DNA of 50,647 nt from IMG/VR virus record IMGVR_UViG_3300050138_000100, positions 1 through 50,647 of that record, one strand, 5' to 3'. The notes beneath the pieces were generated by a model that worked only from the letters and a program-made list of their open reading frames with translations, had not been told where the DNA came from and did no database searches. The DNA is from a virus. Lineage: Duplodnaviria > Caudoviricetes. The position numbers were made by a program, and so were the translations under genes. Position 1 is the first letter of the stretch; every line of letters begins with the position of its first letter. Positions 43,266-50,647 of this stretch are shown here, one piece after another.

Positions 43266-43784
43266 TTAATTGCATATTACCATGCCGGCAAAACTTGCGC
43301 TAGCCGTAATGCGAATATTGTTCGTGTCCAAATACTCTAACCCGACGTCGACTTCATCATTGGCGCTGTCGATAACAGTAACGACCGGATATTTACCAAG
43401 CCCGTGATTGACCAACAGCACGTTAGCGATTATCGAGCCGAATGCCTGCGTGAACGTCTTGTCGCCCGTCCCGCTTGGCCCGACATCGCCAGTGTCGCCC
43501 TTATCGCCTTTGACGCCTTGCGCCCCGGCAATACCCAGGACGATCGTTTCCAGCACCCGGTCGGTTTCGAACAGCGTTAGCGTCTGTATGTGCTCGATCA
43601 TCAGCGTTTCGATGGCGGCCGGCTCGTTGACCACTAACGCCTGCTGATTGTCGACGACGACAGTCTCAATCGTTCGCTCGGTTTCGAACACCACCAATTT
43701 CTGCGGATTGTCTAAAACAACGGTTTCAACAGCGGCTGGCTCGTTCGCAAAAATAACTATCGTGTTTCCTGGCGCGCTCATCAC
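43266..43784 (-). CDS. structural protein with short collagen-like segment
   Basis: GAQGVKGDKGDTGDVGPSG; VNHGLGKYPVVTVID. Confidence 0.7.
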   Translation of the reverse strand: MMSAPGNTIVIFANEPAAVETVVLDNPQKLVVFETERTIETVVVDNQQALVVNEPAAIETLMIEHIQTLTLFETDRVLETIVLGIAGAQGVKGDKGDTGDVGPSGTGDKTFTQAFGSIIANVLLVNHGLGKYPVVTVIDSANDEVDVGLEYLDTNNIRITASASFAGMVICN

Positions 43785-44152
43785 GCATACTCACCCGGCG
43801 CGGCCGTGCGCGGATTAACGTAAGCTGTCCCTCTCAAAAGCGGCGAAATATCGCCTGTCGAGCCGCTGACAGCTACTCCGAGATCGTAAACGCAAGTGCC
43901 TTCGCTGAGCTGATCAGTTTGGGCTGGCGTCAGCACAACGGTAATCGTCGGGTCGGTATCGCTCAGCGTCACGCCGCTGCCAACTTTAGCCGTGATCAGC
44001 GCCGACGTGCTCTTGTAATTGTCTTTGATCTGAAACACGACTAGCGTAGCGTCAGTAAACGCTACATTCGCGTTGTTGCTGTCCTTCCAGCTAAAAGCCA
44101 GCCGGAATGTGCGGCCTTGAGCGATCATTATATCGTAATCTGCTGGCTCCAT
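43781..44152 (-). CDS. BppU-N-like adaptor protein
   Basis: YDIMIAQGRTF...ITVVLTPAQT...VYDL...LLRG. Confidence 0.6.
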   Translation of the reverse strand: MEPADYDIMIAQGRTFRLAFSWKDSNNANVAFTDATLVVFQIKDNYKSTSALITAKVGSGVTLSDTDPTITVVLTPAQTDQLSEGTCVYDLGVAVSGSTGDISPLLRGTAYVNPRTAAPGEYA

Positions 44153-45972
44153 TATTCGCTCCCGCTATCAATATTATTGCCTGGCACACCGCCGCCCTGG
44201 CCTGTGTCGGCGGCTGCGTTCGGGTCTGGCGTCGGCACGTCACCTGGTGCTGGCGCTGGCTTCGGTCCTAAAATCTGGCTAATCAAACGGTCTTGGTTCG
44301 TGGCGGCGTTGGCGGACGTATCGGCAGCAGCCTCTTTAGCGGCAGCTTTGACTTCTTCGTCGATGTCTTTTACTCTGCCGTTGGCGATCATCTCAAGCGC
44401 GGTCTTCTTCGTCATAATGCCCGACTGCAAAGCGAACGTAACGACAGCTAGCGTCAGCGTCAGGTCTTCATCGTCGATCGCCGGGAAATTAACGGCAATG
44501 CGGATATTCTCGATATCCATGTTCAGGTACGCCACGTTCGACAGCAGCGTTTGCTTCTCCATGTACACCCGTATCAGCTTCCTGAGCACTTTCGTAGCCT
44601 GCATTTGCTTGCGCTCGATCTTCTTTATCAGGACCGGCATTTGGCTGTCAGTGCTAGCCTTACTGCTGGCAACACCCGTACCGAGCGAAAACTCCGGCGT
44701 CTCACTGCCTTGCACCATCAGGAAGAAATAATACTCGAGCAACAAAACCGCGTCAGCCACCACGCCAGTCGCCTGCAAAAACTTGGCGTCGGCGTTCTGG
44801 CCGTCAATATACAGCACCTTCTGGTTCGACCAATCCAAGCCTGGCATAGTCGTGCCGCTGCCCGGGCTGTTGGCGTAGGCTTCCTGATCGCTGGCGTCCA
44901 TGCTATCGTTGGCGTCAGCCTCGAACGCGTCGGTGTCCGTAACGCCTTTAATGACTGGAATCGGCGTCGAGTTGTAAATTACGTTCTTCGTACCGCCCGA
45001 CAATATGCTGGCGTAATTCTGGAACAGTGCCAGGACGTTCTGATACTCGCTTGTGCCGTAGACGGCTTTCGGGTCGGGCTCGTTTGCAAAGTGCAGCACC
45101 GGCAGCGCCTGCTCGACTATATCGGCCGGATTAAACACCGTGTCATCTTCGTAAGCGTTCTCGTCGGCGTCACCGTTCGGGTCCGTGCCGCTAACGTTGT
45201 CTTCTTCGGTACTCGAGCCTACTGGCTGCCCGGTGCTATCAACGCCGGCCAAGTTCACGGCGCCGTTAACCGTGTACACCTTCTGGTATAGCACTGTGCC
45301 GCCCTGATCGTTGCCTAGCGCGCTCATATTTTCATACTGGATAATCTGTATGCTATCGGTTCGGTAACGTCTCAGGTAGTAGTACACGCGTTCTACGCGG
45401 TTTGTCTTAGCGTTCGGGTCGTAACCCGGAATCAGCACGCGCACGCGGTCGATGACGTCGTAGCCTTTCAGCCGGCCGCTGACCGGGTCCAGTATCACTT
45501 CCACGCCCTCAGCGTCCAGCAGCGTCACGTTGCAGAGCTCGTCCAGGTGCACATAACTGTCGCCGTCGCGGTAGCCGAAGCGCAGGAAATCGTACAGGTC
45601 AGAGCCGTTCTCGTCTACCCAGGCGTTTATATCTTCTTCGGCTGATGTAATATTGGCGTCATTATTCGGGTTATCGAGCTCGATCTTAAAGCCCCGGCCG
45701 GCCACGAAGCCAGCTATGACGTTAACGATCGGCTTGCCAAGCGCGGCCGCCAGCAGGTACTCGGCGCCTTCGCCGTTGACTATGCTGTTGTGATAAATCG
45801 CACGCGTCAGGTTATAATTCGGGCGCTCGTAGTTAGTCTCGGCGATGTGAATCTGCGACCAGACGTTATTGCCTAAACCGTAGCGGGCGAAGCCGAACAA
45901 CATACGTCGTAACGGGCTGTCGTCCACGCTTATCATCTCGGCTATGCGCTGGCGTAACGGTTTTCGTGGCAT
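44152..45972 (-). CDS. portal protein
   Basis: 606 aa, after the terminase; RDGDSY, VLHFANE...YGTSE. Confidence 0.85.
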   Translation of the reverse strand: MPRKPLRQRIAEMISVDDSPLRRMLFGFARYGLGNNVWSQIHIAETNYERPNYNLTRAIYHNSIVNGEGAEYLLAAALGKPIVNVIAGFVAGRGFKIELDNPNNDANITSAEEDINAWVDENGSDLYDFLRFGYRDGDSYVHLDELCNVTLLDAEGVEVILDPVSGRLKGYDVIDRVRVLIPGYDPNAKTNRVERVYYYLRRYRTDSIQIIQYENMSALGNDQGGTVLYQKVYTVNGAVNLAGVDSTGQPVGSSTEEDNVSGTDPNGDADENAYEDDTVFNPADIVEQALPVLHFANEPDPKAVYGTSEYQNVLALFQNYASILSGGTKNVIYNSTPIPVIKGVTDTDAFEADANDSMDASDQEAYANSPGSGTTMPGLDWSNQKVLYIDGQNADAKFLQATGVVADAVLLLEYYFFLMVQGSETPEFSLGTGVASSKASTDSQMPVLIKKIERKQMQATKVLRKLIRVYMEKQTLLSNVAYLNMDIENIRIAVNFPAIDDEDLTLTLAVVTFALQSGIMTKKTALEMIANGRVKDIDEEVKAAAKEAAADTSANAATNQDRLISQILGPKPAPAPGDVPTPDPNAAADTGQGGGVPGNNIDSGSE

Positions 45973-45996
45973 TTATTCGTCGCTTTCATTGCTTAT

Positions 45997-46015
45997 TATA
46001 GCGCGGTTTGCGTAA
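45997..46015 (-). promoter_or_regulatory. putative late promoter element (copy 2) upstream of the portal gene
   Basis: TTACGCAAACCGCGC-TATAAT. Confidence 0.6.
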
Positions 46016-46022
46016 AACTGTA

Positions 46023-46589
46023 CTACCATCTCGGCGGCTTCTTCCCGTCGTCAGTAATGCCCTGGTGTAGCACGCATAAATCACCGGCGTTTCGGCACAT
46101 ATTGCAGTCCCAGGGATCGTTGAAAGCAGCTCGCTGGTTATTCATAACGGTCTCAACTTCTTCGGCTTCGTCTATACGCTGTTGCGGAATCGGCTTAACA
46201 GGGTTCTCGATCACCTGGGGCCTATTTTGAGCGTGCCGCCGCTTCTGAGCTTCGCTTATGCTCTTGGCTCGTACCTTTTCCCGGCACTCAGGACAATATT
46301 TACCAACTCCGCTTTTAGCCGTGTATTCATCGCCACACCTAATGCAGACAAGCTTAGCCTGGCCTTTACGCTCATAGTGCTTTTTGGCGGTATAAACTCC
46401 CGTTCGTTCGCCGCCATGTCGGACGCACGGAGCACCGCGCTTTTTGCAATAAACACAACCTTCAATCGGCGCAGCCGGCTTAGTCGCTACCACGCTCTTA
46501 AAGTCACCGACTGCTGACACGGTAGCAACGCGCTCGTCATCAACATCGACAGTTGTCTTCCCATTCTCGACTGTAATTACTACTCTCAT
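46023..46589 (-). CDS. multi-zinc-finger protein
   Basis: CVYC..CVRH, CIRC..YCPEC, CNMC..CVLH. Confidence 0.7.
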   Translation of the reverse strand: MRVVITVENGKTTVDVDDERVATVSAVGDFKSVVATKPAAPIEGCVYCKKRGAPCVRHGGERTGVYTAKKHYERKGQAKLVCIRCGDEYTAKSGVGKYCPECREKVRAKSISEAQKRRHAQNRPQVIENPVKPIPQQRIDEAEEVETVMNNQRAAFNDPWDCNMCRNAGDLCVLHQGITDDGKKPPRW

Positions 46590-48103
46590 CTTGGCTGGTT
46601 CCTCATATTCATAGTACCAAAGCGGGCCCGGCCGCGTGTCGGCTTGTTCAGCAGCGAGCGCAGGCCAGTATTCGCGAACCAGAGCGCCATCAAAATGTCG
46701 GCCGTATGCCCGTTCGGAAAGTCGAGCATGGCCTGAATTAGCGTGTCGACTATATCCATCGTCTCCGGGCTCTCCTTATCGTACGGCAAAATCCACTTGC
46801 CGTTCTCGAACTCGACGGCCAAACTGTTCAGCCCGACTTCTTCGTCAAACTTCTCGCCGCCGGTCGTATAGCCCCTGATCGGCAAATCACTGTACTCGGC
46901 CATGTCACGTTGCAGCGCGGCCTGATAACCGTTGTCTTCAACCATGAAAATGCTCGGGTGAAACTTCTGGTTCAGGCCAAACAAAAAATCCTCGGTCTGG
47001 CCCATGCTAAAGCCCTGGTGCTCGCTCAAATGCAGCGGCAGCTTCATGCCGTCGCGCGTCTGCCCAACCACCGCGAACGCTGTCGTGTCGGCGTCTTTGC
47101 GCTTGCTGATAGCAAGGTCAATACCACAGGCTATCACTAACCGACCCAAGTCCCAATTCTCGTATTTCAGCCTGGCGATCAACCGGCGGCCGGCGCCTTT
47201 GCGCTTGGCTTCGTTGGTCCATTCACGCTTCCAAACGGCTGTCTCAGCACTCTGCACCAGATTGCGGTACGACTTATTGAACGACATCGTGCCGTTTTCC
47301 TTCTTCAACGCCATGAGCTTCTGCCAGTCGAAACGGGCCGGCCACAATGCGATCTGCTTCCGTTCGTCGACTACGGCGTCATAGCGCAGCCGGATATCGT
47401 AGGCGTCATTCTCGAACAGCTCGTGGTACAGGTCGTCCAGGTTCCAGGCTGTACCGACAACGATCACCAAGCCGTCGGGCTCCAGCACCGGCATGAGCAC
47501 TTCAAAAAACCATTCGCGCAGCTGGTCGCGCTGGTACTTCGTACGGGTGTTCTCCTTGTTCAAAATATCGTCGCAGATGATTATATCAGCGCGCTTCGAC
47601 AAAATCGTTCCACCGGCTCCTACGGCCGCCACAGTCGGGTCTTTCAGCGTCAGGTCGGTGCGGTTAACGATGACTTCTTCGCGCGTCCACGAATCCGGCA
47701 CTTGCGGCACGAGGTTGCCGAACATCTCGCGGTAGTCGTTATTGCGCTCTAGGTTCATTGTCACCTGTCGCAAAAACGATCGTGCTGCGCTGCCCGACTT
47801 CGAAACAAGCAGGATTCGTATGTTCGGGTTCTTGGCAATGCGCCACAACGGATAAATCACCGACCAAAACGTCGACTTGGCGTGGTTGCGCGGCGCCATT
47901 ATCATAATGCGGTGCACTTCACGTTTGATGGCCCAATCGTAACGCAGCTTGCCATCGCTGTCCTGCCAGGCCCGGCCGTCGGCTATCATGCTCCAATCGA
48001 CGTGATGATCACCTAGTTCGAAGTCGAACTGCTTCCTCATAAAGTAGCCGCTGCTATCGAGCTGTAAGGCCCGTTCTAAATCAGTCTCGCTCGGGTTTGA
48101 CAT
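46586..48103 (-). CDS. terL: terminase large subunit
   Basis: Walker A APRNHAKS, Walker B IIICDD, VGTAW, RNase H-like GIDLA...D...DILMA. Confidence 0.95.
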   Translation of the reverse strand: MSNPSETDLERALQLDSSGYFMRKQFDFELGDHHVDWSMIADGRAWQDSDGKLRYDWAIKREVHRIMIMAPRNHAKSTFWSVIYPLWRIAKNPNIRILLVSKSGSAARSFLRQVTMNLERNNDYREMFGNLVPQVPDSWTREEVIVNRTDLTLKDPTVAAVGAGGTILSKRADIIICDDILNKENTRTKYQRDQLREWFFEVLMPVLEPDGLVIVVGTAWNLDDLYHELFENDAYDIRLRYDAVVDERKQIALWPARFDWQKLMALKKENGTMSFNKSYRNLVQSAETAVWKREWTNEAKRKGAGRRLIARLKYENWDLGRLVIACGIDLAISKRKDADTTAFAVVGQTRDGMKLPLHLSEHQGFSMGQTEDFLFGLNQKFHPSIFMVEDNGYQAALQRDMAEYSDLPIRGYTTGGEKFDEEVGLNSLAVEFENGKWILPYDKESPETMDIVDTLIQAMLDFPNGHTADILMALWFANTGLRSLLNKPTRGRARFGTMNMRNQPR

Positions 48104-48731
48104 TTATGCCTTCCCCTTTTTGCTCGCCGACCCGCGTCCTGAACGTCTCGTACGATTCGATCAACGCGGCGCCGTCGGCAACGCTCTTTTGGAAATCTTC
48201 GGGCGTATCGGTTGCAGCGCCAACGCCTGCGTTCTTCGTGCTGGCGTTCCAGGCGTTCGTCCCGTCAGCGTGTACACTGCGGCTCAGGCCCATGCGCACT
48301 TCCATCGCGTTCACTTTGTCGGCGGCAGCCAACATTAACGTGAACAGCCGGGCCTGCGTCGTCAGCGACACGTTCGACTTCACGGCAAACTGGTATCTTT
48401 GCTCTGCTGTGATCGCGTATGCGATGAGTTTTTTGACGCTATCGTATTGTCGTAACAGATTAAAATAATCGGGCGCGTACGGCTCTACTACGACCACTGC
48501 CTGCAAGTGATTCTTGACGTATGAGCCTAAACTACGCTGGCTCGGCACGTCGCCATTCGGAAACTTCATTACCAACGCGCGCCGGCATTGCGCCACGTTC
48601 TTGCCATCACGCCACAGCTTGATGAACGCTTGCTTCATGTCTGGCTGAGCGTCGAGCAACGACTTCACACCAGACGTTTGCAGGCGGTGCGCCTTGCTCA
48701 AGTTCGCTTTCATGCTGACTTTGTTTGACAT
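48081..48731 (-). CDS. terminase small subunit (putative)
   Basis: Directly upstream of and overlapping terL; helical N-terminus. Confidence 0.6.
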   Translation of the reverse strand: MSNKVSMKANLSKAHRLQTSGVKSLLDAQPDMKQAFIKLWRDGKNVAQCRRALVMKFPNGDVPSQRSLGSYVKNHLQAVVVVEPYAPDYFNLLRQYDSVKKLIAYAITAEQRYQFAVKSNVSLTTQARLFTLMLAAADKVNAMEVRMGLSRSVHADGTNAWNASTKNAGVGAATDTPEDFQKSVADGAALIESYETFRTRVGEQKGEGINVKPERD

Positions 48732-48881
48732 CTGGCTTGTAAGTCCTTCGTTCGCTCTGCGGCGATTTGCGGGTTCTGCGACCCTTCAACCTAGCCCTAA
48801 TTATAGTGTACACGGTGCTGAAATGAAAACCCGTCTGCTGCTGTTCCGGCGCGTGTACACGGTCTCTACTTTTTTTGAAGG

Positions 48882-49115
48882 TTAGTTTTGCTGCTGATCG
48901 GGGCTACAGCCCGCTCCTATGTGACACATAACTTCCATTCTGAGATCGTCGTCCAAGCGCCAGGTCGATGACAGTACCACCACGCTGCCTGTTTTATCGA
49001 CGATACGCTGCACCTTTGCCATCAGCTTCGGGTCAATACCGATGTATGGACAGGCCGTCTCCTTCGTAGTTGCGCAATTAGCGACACCGTCTATATCTAA
49101 AAATAAGACTTTCAT
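48882..49115 (-). pseudogene. truncated HAD-domain protein (RNA-repair-associated HAD type)
   Basis: MKVLFLDIDGV...VVLSSTWR, then stops at 77 aa without the C-terminal DD motif. Confidence 0.6.
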
Positions 49116-49429
49116 GCTACCGCCTTGTCTGCAACCATATCTGCGCCGTAAAACAATCCGTCAAGCCACCGGCCCAGCTTCTTTTTGTCGCGTGGCAGCT
49201 TGCCTCTCTCGTCAGTACGTTCATAACTCCTCTCGCCAGCAATTTCGGAATAATTGGTTTCCTCGACGAAATACTTGCCGGTAGTCCAGATACTGATACA
49301 GGTGAAGCCACTGTCGCGAATCTTCATGTGGTACGCGCCGTATGCGTAAAAATCTAGCTTGCGGCTTAGGCAGTAGCGTTGTAATAGCTCGCGTAGTTCC
49401 GGCCAGTGCTGCTTTTTGTGGCGGCTCAT
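49112..49429 (-). CDS. hypothetical protein
   Basis: ATGA-coupled ORF. Confidence 0.6.
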   Translation of the reverse strand: MSRHKKQHWPELRELLQRYCLSRKLDFYAYGAYHMKIRDSGFTCISIWTTGKYFVEETNYSEIAGERSYERTDERGKLPRDKKKLGRWLDGLFYGADMVADKAVA

Positions 49430-49644
49430 AAAAGCGTCGCCTGTCGTCGGTGTGCTTCCATTCGTTCGGACGCTCTGATAATTTTTTTTAAGTTACGACG
49501 CCATTCAGATCGGCGCGTTCCGTATGGCAAACACTTATCAATGCCGCGCCAAGATATTCGTCGTTCGTGCTCAAACACCTTAATATCGTGCTTTTCGATC
49601 TCGTCTTTTAGTTCTGCAGCTGCTCTACCTAGTGCGTTACTCAC
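49426..49644 (-). CDS. hypothetical protein
   Basis: GTGA/ATGA-coupled ORF. Confidence 0.55.
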   Translation of the reverse strand: MSNALGRAAAELKDEIEKHDIKVFEHERRISWRGIDKCLPYGTRRSEWRRNLKKIIRASERMEAHRRQATLL

Positions 49645-49829
49645 GACAGCCCCCTCTCTAAAATGTTTGGCTTAGGGCGTTTCCTTGAGTGGCGGATAGC
49701 AGGCTCGTCTCCTGCGGGTCTTCGGTGGCAGTTGCAACCGCCAGTCATGTAAATATCCATCAGCTGTTGCTCCTGTGCAAGCGTCAGCTCAGTAGGGAAT
49801 AGCTTCTTAAGCAATATGACTTCGCTCAT
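49641..49829 (-). CDS. hypothetical protein
   Basis: GGGGGAG RBS. Confidence 0.55.
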   Translation of the reverse strand: MSEVILLKKLFPTELTLAQEQQLMDIYMTGGCNCHRRPAGDEPAIRHSRKRPKPNILERGLS

Positions 49830-49929
49830 TGCTCCCCCTTCTTGATCTCGTCGATAAGTTTCATAGCGCCCAGGATTTTATAACCGGCCTGGCGGACTAG
49901 TGCTTCAACTCGGGCTACTTGCTTGGCGG

Positions 49930-50148
49930 TCATCGGGCTGCCTCGCTGTAACTAGCATGGCTGATATGCCCGCAATCCTCTGTTCCGCACCAACCTGAGC
50001 CACGCGGCCGGTCGCGGTCCTGCTTTATGCCTTTCGGGGCGGCGGCCTGAGCTTCGGCTGCAATTCGAGCCTTCGATTCGGCTATCAAACGCTTGACGTC
50101 GGTTTTGCTCATCGGGGCAGCCATCTTGACCTTCATGTATTCTCCCAA
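49930..50148 (-). CDS. hypothetical protein
   Basis: ORF; C-terminal CGTEDCGH. Confidence 0.5.
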   Translation of the reverse strand: MGEYMKVKMAAPMSKTDVKRLIAESKARIAAEAQAAAPKGIKQDRDRPRGSGWCGTEDCGHISHASYSEAAR

Positions 50149-50230
50149 AACTTTAATTTCTCTAGGTAGTAGTAAAACCGCCTTTTGGGGTGGCCTTTCA
50201 GTAATTGCTTCTTAGCAGTTTTCCAGTCCA

Positions 50231-50494
50231 TTATAGCTCCTCTGTACGTTCTCTGCCGTCGGCACTGTTATGAACTATGATCGGCGTCGTAATCGCGTGC
50301 TGGTGGCCGTTTACGCAGGTTGCAGTGGCTGTCATGCTTTCAGTCTTCGGCATGCACCAGCACTCGTCGCCTAAATTGTGCTCCTGGCTATCGTCGAGCG
50401 GCGTGATCTCGATCATGCAGTAATTCGAGTGCTTGGTTCGGTGCACCCTTGTTGACCAACGGCCGGTCTTCGGGACGTGGGCATGTAGGCTCAT
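50231..50494 (-). CDS. small His/Cys-rich phage protein
   Basis: PLDDSQEH...CWCMP...IIVHNSADGRE. Confidence 0.65.
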   Translation of the reverse strand: MSLHAHVPKTGRWSTRVHRTKHSNYCMIEITPLDDSQEHNLGDECWCMPKTESMTATATCVNGHQHAITTPIIVHNSADGRERTEEL

Positions 50495-50534
50495 GTTTGC
50501 TCCCCTAGACTGGCTTGTAAGAATTGGAGAATAG

Positions 50535-50647
50535 TCATTTTTTACCTTCTTGATTTATCTCTATAATGTATGTCTTTTTATCAACCTTTATAAATAGCGC
50601 ATTGCCTTGCTGAATGTAGTATAGCGGTTTCACATTTTGAAACGGAT
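50535..50647 (-). CDS. 3' part of the junction-spanning ORF (continues from 85..1)
   Basis: Open frame ending in TGA at 50535, ATGA-coupled to a 15-codon mini ORF. Confidence 0.7.
   Translation of the reverse strand, partial: PFQNVKPLYYIQQGNALFIKVDKKTYIIEINQEGKK

Noticed and set aside
20920-48731. Genome-wide TAG recoding (code 15), suggested by the CUA tRNA
   Set aside because: Terminase, portal, capsid, tape measure and lysin are full length under code 11, and most TAG stops are followed by out-of-frame genes with their own RBS.
48807-48863. GTGTACACGGT repeated twice upstream of the terminase small subunit as a pac or operator site
   Set aside because: Only two copies and no independent support; cannot be assigned from sequence alone.

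Overview
This looks like a complete, circularly permuted 50.6-kb tailed (siphovirus-type) phage genome: a 65-aa ORF reads through the end-to-start junction. Nearly all genes are on the minus strand. In transcription order: terminase, portal, a fibre-like module placed before the head genes, head genes, a glycosyltransferase moron, neck and tail genes, lysis genes, then a large early/accessory region (about 20.7 kb down to 4 kb). That region is built from promoter+leader units and includes Bet/exonuclease recombination genes, two HNH nucleases, DUF488, a CUA-anticodon tRNA and a methyltransferase-like/ParB/HIT cluster. An AT-richer block of small genes spans the junction. I found no integrase, polymerase, helicase, primase or reverse transcriptase. 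A KGG-type protein suggests a Saccharibacteria/Patescibacteria host (inference). The best candidate for a new system is a start-associated motif, GGAGACAACG, in front of 10 genes (plus variants). One inverted copy lies in the loop of a hairpin at 14240-14302, which may be a trans-acting RNA that controls translation of this regulon. Also notable: an amber-suppressor-like tRNA, an orphan DGR-type adenine-depleted region, several structured ncRNA candidates and a segment-permuted M23 endolysin. All family assignments come from reading motifs by eye; no database searches were run.
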